Virus record (IMG/VR): IMGVR_UViG_2974736276_000001
Span: 64,001 to 128,000 of that record
DNA: 64,000 nucleotides
Reading direction: 5' to 3' (one strand)
From: a virus
Taxonomy: Duplodnaviria; Caudoviricetes
Below the pieces are notes generated by a model. That model ran no database searches, was not told the DNA's origin, and saw only the letters and a list, made by a program, of their open reading frames with translations. Of the stretch, positions 58,806 to 64,000 are shown in pieces (the stretch's first letter is position 1; each line of letters begins with the position of its first letter). A program made the translations under genes and the position numbers.

Positions 58806-59558
58806 ATGGCCAATATTGTACGCTGTAATTTGCCTTCAGGTGTCCAAAGATTTCAACCTTTTACCGTAGCTGACTATCGAGACTTTCTGTTAGTACGAAA
58901 TGATATGAACTCTAAGACTCTGGAAGAGCAAAAAGAAATAATGAATGAATTGCTCGCTGATTACTTTCACGAGTATCCGCCGTCTTGGAGACCTTATATT
59001 TTTCTTAAAGTCTTCACCTCGAGCATCGGTAAAACTAGACTTCCTGTTATCTGGGAATGCGCTAAATGTAATAAGACTGTAAAGAGCCCTTTGAACTTGT
59101 CTCACGACGGATTAAAGAATCCTTTAATAGAAGTTGCTGGTATTAAAATAACCTTTAATTTCCCTGATCAAATTACTGACGATCATGTGTCAATGATTAA
59201 GGATAACATCGCAGAAGTATCTGACGGTGTTAATACTTACAAATGGGAAGCGCTAACAGATGATATGAAGCTAAAGATTATCGACGCAATAGATATTAAA
59301 TCATTTGAATCAGTTATTGAACAGATGACTCCGATTAGCATCACATTGAATTTGTCTTGCTGTGATAAACACGTCATTAAGTATGATAACATTCTGGAAA
59401 TATTCAAACTCATTATTCATCCAGATGAAGTATTCAACTTTTACCAAATCAACCATGTCTTAGTTAAACACAACTATGACTTGAATTCAGTAATGCGAAT
59501 GATTCCTGTTGAACGAAGCATTGCTCTATCTTTAATCGAAAAGGATAATAAGAAATGA
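58806..59558 (+). CDS. 51: baseplate hub assembly gp51
   Basis: [24 protein letters not shown]. Confidence 0.93.
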   Translation: MANIVRCNLPSGVQRFQPFTVADYRDFLLVRNDMNSKTLEEQKEIMNELLADYFHEYPPSWRPYIFLKVFTSSIGKTRLPVIWECAKCNKTVKSPLNLSHDGLKNPLIEVAGIKITFNFPDQITDDHVSMIKDNIAEVSDGVNTYKWEALTDDMKLKIIDAIDIKSFESVIEQMTPISITLNLSCCDKHVIKYDNILEIFKLIIHPDEVFNFYQINHVLVKHNYDLNSVMRMIPVERSIALSLIEKDNKK

Positions 59559-60694
59559 TGCAGCGCCTAGGTTATCCTAACATCAGCATTAAGCTTTATC
59601 AAAATTACAGTAAGTGGCTCGAGAATGCTTTTCTCGAACTCGCTGCTACATTCACAACACTAACTATTAGAGACGGTCTTTACGGCCGCAATGAAGGTCT
59701 GCTTCAGTTCTATGATAATGCTAATCTTCATACTCGAATGACTGGTGAAGAAATTATTCAGATCTCTGTAGCTAACGCCAATACAAAGAATGTTATTTCC
59801 CGAATTTACGGGAATAAGCACTTCAGCGTTACTGTCGATAAAAAGAGTGATAACATAATTACTATTCAGCTCGGATCTATTCACGAAATTGAGAATTTGA
59901 AGTTTGGCAGATGCTTCTATAATAACGCCAACGACAGTATCAATGAAATGATTGGTGTAATTTATCAGGATCGTCCTCTTATTGCTCCGCCAGTGAACGG
60001 TATTAACACGTATGTTCCGAGAGTACCTTGGTCACAAGATATGGCGATGTATATGAGTTATGTTCGTGACATTGGACTCGCCGTTGAATCAGATCAATTT
60101 GTTTTTGTTTGGGAAGACTTCATGGGTATTAACATGATGGACTATAACCAAATGATTGCTCAAGACGCTGTTATATTCGCAGTAGGTGATGAAGGACGTT
60201 TAGGTGAATTCTCATACATCACAGAATATCCTTTAGCGTTTGATTTTACTTGGTTGACTAAAGCTAATAAAAGAAAGCGTGATGTAATTGAGAATGCCAC
60301 GTTCTTTACACCATCATTTATGGACAATAAGATAGAAACTATTGTGAATGGTGATGGACAGAATGCTATCGTTCTATCACGATCTGGCGGATATGCAGAA
60401 GCTACTTATCGTAATGGTTATGAAGAAGCAAACAGAATTACTACGATGGCACAATACGACGGATATGCTCATTGTAAAATCTTCGGTAATTTCCAAATAA
60501 CTCCGGGCATGAAGCTTAATTTCTATGATCTGAAAAATCAGTTTAAGACTGATTTCTACGTAGATGAAGTTCTTCATGAAATCTCAAACAATACTTCGAT
60601 AACTAATCTTTATATGTTTACTAACGGTAAACCTTTGAGTGAAGTTAATCTGACACGAGTTAAAAATGAACTTAAATCTAATACTTCCACTTAA
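59555..60694 (+). CDS. 27: baseplate hub gp27
   Basis: [19 protein letters not shown]. Confidence 0.95.
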   Translation: MMQRLGYPNISIKLYQNYSKWLENAFLELAATFTTLTIRDGLYGRNEGLLQFYDNANLHTRMTGEEIIQISVANANTKNVISRIYGNKHFSVTVDKKSDNIITIQLGSIHEIENLKFGRCFYNNANDSINEMIGVIYQDRPLIAPPVNGINTYVPRVPWSQDMAMYMSYVRDIGLAVESDQFVFVWEDFMGINMMDYNQMIAQDAVIFAVGDEGRLGEFSYITEYPLAFDFTWLTKANKRKRDVIENATFFTPSFMDNKIETIVNGDGQNAIVLSRSGGYAEATYRNGYEEANRITTMAQYDGYAHCKIFGNFQITPGMKLNFYDLKNQFKTDFYVDEVLHEISNNTSITNLYMFTNGKPLSEVNLTRVKNELKSNTST

Positions 60695-61193
60695 GAAAAT
60701 AGTAATTAACGATAAACAAATTTCAATCCCTAAACTGGGATTGAAACATCATGAGCTGCTAAAGAATCCATGTGGCGCAGATGAGAATATGATTAAGCTA
60801 GTCAATTCTATTTGTCCAGGTCTTAACGCTGCTGAGAGCGAAATAGTTTTACTTCATGTTCTGGAATTTAATGGAAAGATTAAATCAGAAGTGATTGTCA
60901 ACGGCAAGGTGTTTAAAGTATCTGATGTTTATATTTCTCAGAGACTTGAACACCAATATCACGGAAACACTTTCTATTTCAGATCTCCTGAACCTTTCGA
61001 AACATTTGTTACTCCAGATGATGTTCTCGAAAAATGTTTTATTCGAGTCAATGACTCAGATGTTGTTCCAGAATTCATGGACATGCCGGCATTTGTGACT
61101 AAATGGGCAGACGCTATAACAACAAAAATTTCTATTAAAGGTCCTAAAGGCCAGTTAGATGGTCTTTCAGAAATTTTGGAACTATTTAAATGA
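60666..61193 (+). CDS. 28: baseplate hub gp28
   Basis: [17 protein letters not shown]. Confidence 0.93.
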   Translation: MNLNLILPLKKIVINDKQISIPKLGLKHHELLKNPCGADENMIKLVNSICPGLNAAESEIVLLHVLEFNGKIKSEVIVNGKVFKVSDVYISQRLEHQYHGNTFYFRSPEPFETFVTPDDVLEKCFIRVNDSDVVPEFMDMPAFVTKWADAITTKISIKGPKGQLDGLSEILELFK

Positions 61194-62998
61194 AAGATGC
61201 AAAAAGCTTTCGTAGAAATACAAGAAAGATAATAGAAGACTCTAAGGCGGAGCGTAATCAGCGCTCTGCTGATGAACAACAGAATGCTTCTCTTAATAAT
61301 ATTCATGAACGTCTTGGTGATGTACAAACTGCGACTGAAATGAATGGAGAGTCAGCGCGTTCTAAATCTAATGAAATCCTCGAAGGATTAGCTCATTTAG
61401 GTCGTGTATCTCAAGACACTGGTGCAGCTGCTGAATTAACTGCAGAAGGAGTAGAGGCTTCTAATACAGAACTTCGTAAATTAAATGACACTGCTCTTCA
61501 GATAAGTGAAAAGCTTGCTCAATTATCTACGTTGCTCGAGAATAAAGTAAATGTTCAATCAACTGGACAAGGTCAAACTAGCACTGCAGCAGCTAATTCG
61601 AGTAGCACTTCTTTAGCTGTTATTTCTGAAGCGATTCCTGATATTGAGCAATCAAATGAAGACCTTCGTGCTACTATCGAACGGCTGCTTCCAGATGCAT
61701 CTCAGGGTGAACCTGATGCTGACTTTTTGCCAGAAGATAGACAACCACCTGCTCCACCTCCAGTGCCTGACGCTCCTCCTGCGCCGGCTGTGACTGATCC
61801 AGAGGATGATAAAGGCAAGAATAAATCAGGTCAGTCAATTAGTGATAAACTCGATGAGCTGATCAAAACTACTAAAGGTGGATTTAAATCATCTGTAGGT
61901 TTTGCTGATAAAATTTCTAACATGCTTTTCAAGTACACTGTGACTGCTGCAGCAGCTGCTGCTAAAACTGCTGCAATGATACTGTCTATTATTCTTGCTA
62001 TAGATGTTATTCGAATTCACTTCGATTATTGGTCTAAGCTATTTGAAACAAGTTTCACCGATTTCAATGCTAAAGCTAAAGAATGGGCACCTCTACTTGA
62101 ATCTATTATTACATCAGTGAATGAAGTAAGAGAAGCTTGGGAAAAAGGTGACTTCGGTGGATTAGCACTAGCAATTGTTAAAGGTATCGGAAGCGTTATT
62201 AAAGAACTTGGTGAACTGATTGTTCTTGGATTATCTAAAGCTATTGCTGGATTATTCAGATCAATGGGAATGGAAGATAAAGCATTAGATGTAGAAGGTG
62301 ATGCTCTTCAAACTTATCAAGAACACACTGGTGCTAAACTATCAGAAGAGAATGCTAATACACTTGCAAAATATCAGGCTAAGCAATATGATAAGAAGCA
62401 AGAACTAGCTGACAGCACATTAGGTAATTCAGCTGCTGCTAAATTAGTACTTCTTGGACAGAATGGAAATCGTGGTGATTACGATAAGATTCAAGCTGGA
62501 CAAGTCACTCCAGTTTCAGGATTAAATGAAACCGATAAGATATCTGCTATTAAAGCGAGTAACGAAGCTTCTGCTGCAATGACTCGTTTCAATAAATATG
62601 TCGAAGATGCTGATCCTTCTAAGGCCAGCTCTAAGAGTAATATTGAAAAAGCATATAACGAAATCAAAAATGACTTGAACGATCCTGCTCTGAATAAAGC
62701 ACCTGATCTTAAAGCCATGTTAGAGAAGAAATTATCTGATATTGACGCTAAGTACAATACATTTAAATCTTCTGGTGCTCAAGTTAAACCTGATGATATT
62801 TCTGAAAATCCTGATACTAAATCAGTTCAACGTATTGCTCAGAATGCCAATGCAAATACAGGCGGAAGTCAAGCTCAGACTGGTAATAACATTCAAGTTA
62901 ATAATGTCAATAAAACCAGTAGAACTCAGATTAATACACCTCCGCAGAGTTCAAGTCCAGCTCCTGGCATGTCTAATCATGCCTTTAGCGTTAATTAA
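61190..62998 (+). CDS. 29: baseplate hub / tape measure gp29
   Basis: DKISNMLFKYTVT..IHFDYW, synteny. Confidence 0.92.
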   Translation: MKDAKSFRRNTRKIIEDSKAERNQRSADEQQNASLNNIHERLGDVQTATEMNGESARSKSNEILEGLAHLGRVSQDTGAAAELTAEGVEASNTELRKLNDTALQISEKLAQLSTLLENKVNVQSTGQGQTSTAAANSSSTSLAVISEAIPDIEQSNEDLRATIERLLPDASQGEPDADFLPEDRQPPAPPPVPDAPPAPAVTDPEDDKGKNKSGQSISDKLDELIKTTKGGFKSSVGFADKISNMLFKYTVTAAAAAAKTAAMILSIILAIDVIRIHFDYWSKLFETSFTDFNAKAKEWAPLLESIITSVNEVREAWEKGDFGGLALAIVKGIGSVIKELGELIVLGLSKAIAGLFRSMGMEDKALDVEGDALQTYQEHTGAKLSEENANTLAKYQAKQYDKKQELADSTLGNSAAAKLVLLGQNGNRGDYDKIQAGQVTPVSGLNETDKISAIKASNEASAAMTRFNKYVEDADPSKASSKSNIEKAYNEIKNDLNDPALNKAPDLKAMLEKKLSDIDAKYNTFKSSGAQVKPDDISENPDTKSVQRIAQNANANTGGSQAQTGNNIQVNNVNKTSRTQINTPPQSSSPAPGMSNHAFSVN

Positions 62999-63006
62999 GG
63001 AAATAT

Positions 63007-64000
63007 ATGGCTATCGTCACAGAATTAGTTACTGACGCAGCAAAGTCTATTGCACAGCAGGGATCTAAGATCTCTGCTGGTTCTTCTAGCACAAAGACAG
63101 TAAATAAAACTATAGTTGCTCAGTACCCAGCTGAACGCGCGGCAGCAAATGATGGATCGTCTGACCTTCGAGTTAACGATCTCTATAAGAATGGATTGTT
63201 ATTCACTGCATATGATTTTAAATCTAGAACTACAACTGCGTTGAGAAAAGATAGGTCTAGCCAAAATAGTGTTAGTGGAACGACTATTTTGAATGGTGTT
63301 AAGACTGCTGTAACGAGCACAACAAAGGCTTTGGCATCATTATCTACTACATCAAAGACAGGATTAACTGCAAACACTGATAGTACTGTAGATAAAACAC
63401 CTTTGGTTAATATTTTATTACCTCGTTCTAAATCTGATGTTGATACTGCATCTCATAGATTTAATGATGTCGGAGAATCTCTTATTGCTCGTGGTGGCGG
63501 TAATGTTGGTGGTGTATTGAGTAATATTGCATCTACTGCAGTATTTGGTGCTATTGATTCTCTTACTCAAGGTATTATGGCTGATCATTCTGAACAGATC
63601 TATAATACTGCGCGAAGCATGTACGCGGGTGCAGATAACAGAACGAAAGTATTCACTTGGGATTTAACTCCTCGAAATGGATATGACCTAAATCAGATCA
63701 TCAAAATCTATGAGCTGTTCAATTATTATTCTTATGGCGAAACGGGTAATTCTACCTTCGCTAAAGAAATGAAAGCTCAATTAGACCAAATGTATAAAGA
63801 TACGTTCATTAATAACCTTACACCTGAAGGTTCAGATCGTACTAATACTATATTTGAGAACGTTACTAGCTTCTTGAGTAATGTAATTGTCGTCGGTAAC
63901 CCGACTATTTGGTATGTCAGAAACTTTGGTACTACATCAAGTTATGACGGAAGAACAGACGTGTTTGGTCCATGTCAAATACAATCTGTGCGCTTCGATA
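63007..64000 (+). CDS. 48: baseplate tail-tube cap gp48 (runs off window end)
   Basis: AQYPAERA..LYKNGLLFTAY..LLPRSKSDVD read from sequence. Confidence 0.92.
   Translation, partial: MAIVTELVTDAAKSIAQQGSKISAGSSSTKTVNKTIVAQYPAERAAANDGSSDLRVNDLYKNGLLFTAYDFKSRTTTALRKDRSSQNSVSGTTILNGVKTAVTSTTKALASLSTTSKTGLTANTDSTVDKTPLVNILLPRSKSDVDTASHRFNDVGESLIARGGGNVGGVLSNIASTAVFGAIDSLTQGIMADHSEQIYNTARSMYAGADNRTKVFTWDLTPRNGYDLNQIIKIYELFNYYSYGETGNSTFAKEMKAQLDQMYKDTFINNLTPEGSDRTNTIFENVTSFLSNVIVVGNPTIWYVRNFGTTSSYDGRTDVFGPCQIQSVRFD

Noticed and set aside
61740-61980. Pro-rich and Ala-run low-complexity tracts in gp29
   Set aside because: Ordinary variable linker of the tape-measure protein

Overview
This window is 64 kb of a T4-like myovirus genome (Straboviridae/Tevenvirinae type) in T4 gene order. 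Bases 1-8.3 kb are a minus-strand tRNA island. It holds 21 readable tRNAs, an unusually dense set of about 14 non-canonical structured or tRNA-mimic RNAs, an HNH endonuclease, a NADAR (gp30.3-like) gene and a host-like ytjA gene. Next come 57B/acb1, 57A, 1, 3, an HNH gene, 2 and 4 on the minus strand, then the plus-strand virion module 53, 5-12, wac, 13-23 and two tandem gp24 paralogs. An accessory region follows, with a collagen fibre-like gene, four Hoc-domain paralogs, a 926-aa tailspike/depolymerase-like protein, rnlB, SLOG, DUF3307 and an Arr-like ADP-ribosyltransferase. The window ends with inh, uvsW, uvsY, 25, 26, 51, 27, 28, 29 and partial 48. The two best candidates for undescribed systems are (i) an expanded capsid-display kit of Hoc paralogs, a second vertex protein, a collagen fibre and a depolymerase, and (ii) the battery of anticodon-less, permuted or pseudoknotted tRNA mimics inside the tRNA operon. 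All homology calls come from motif recognition and recall, not database searches, and RNA folds were read by eye.
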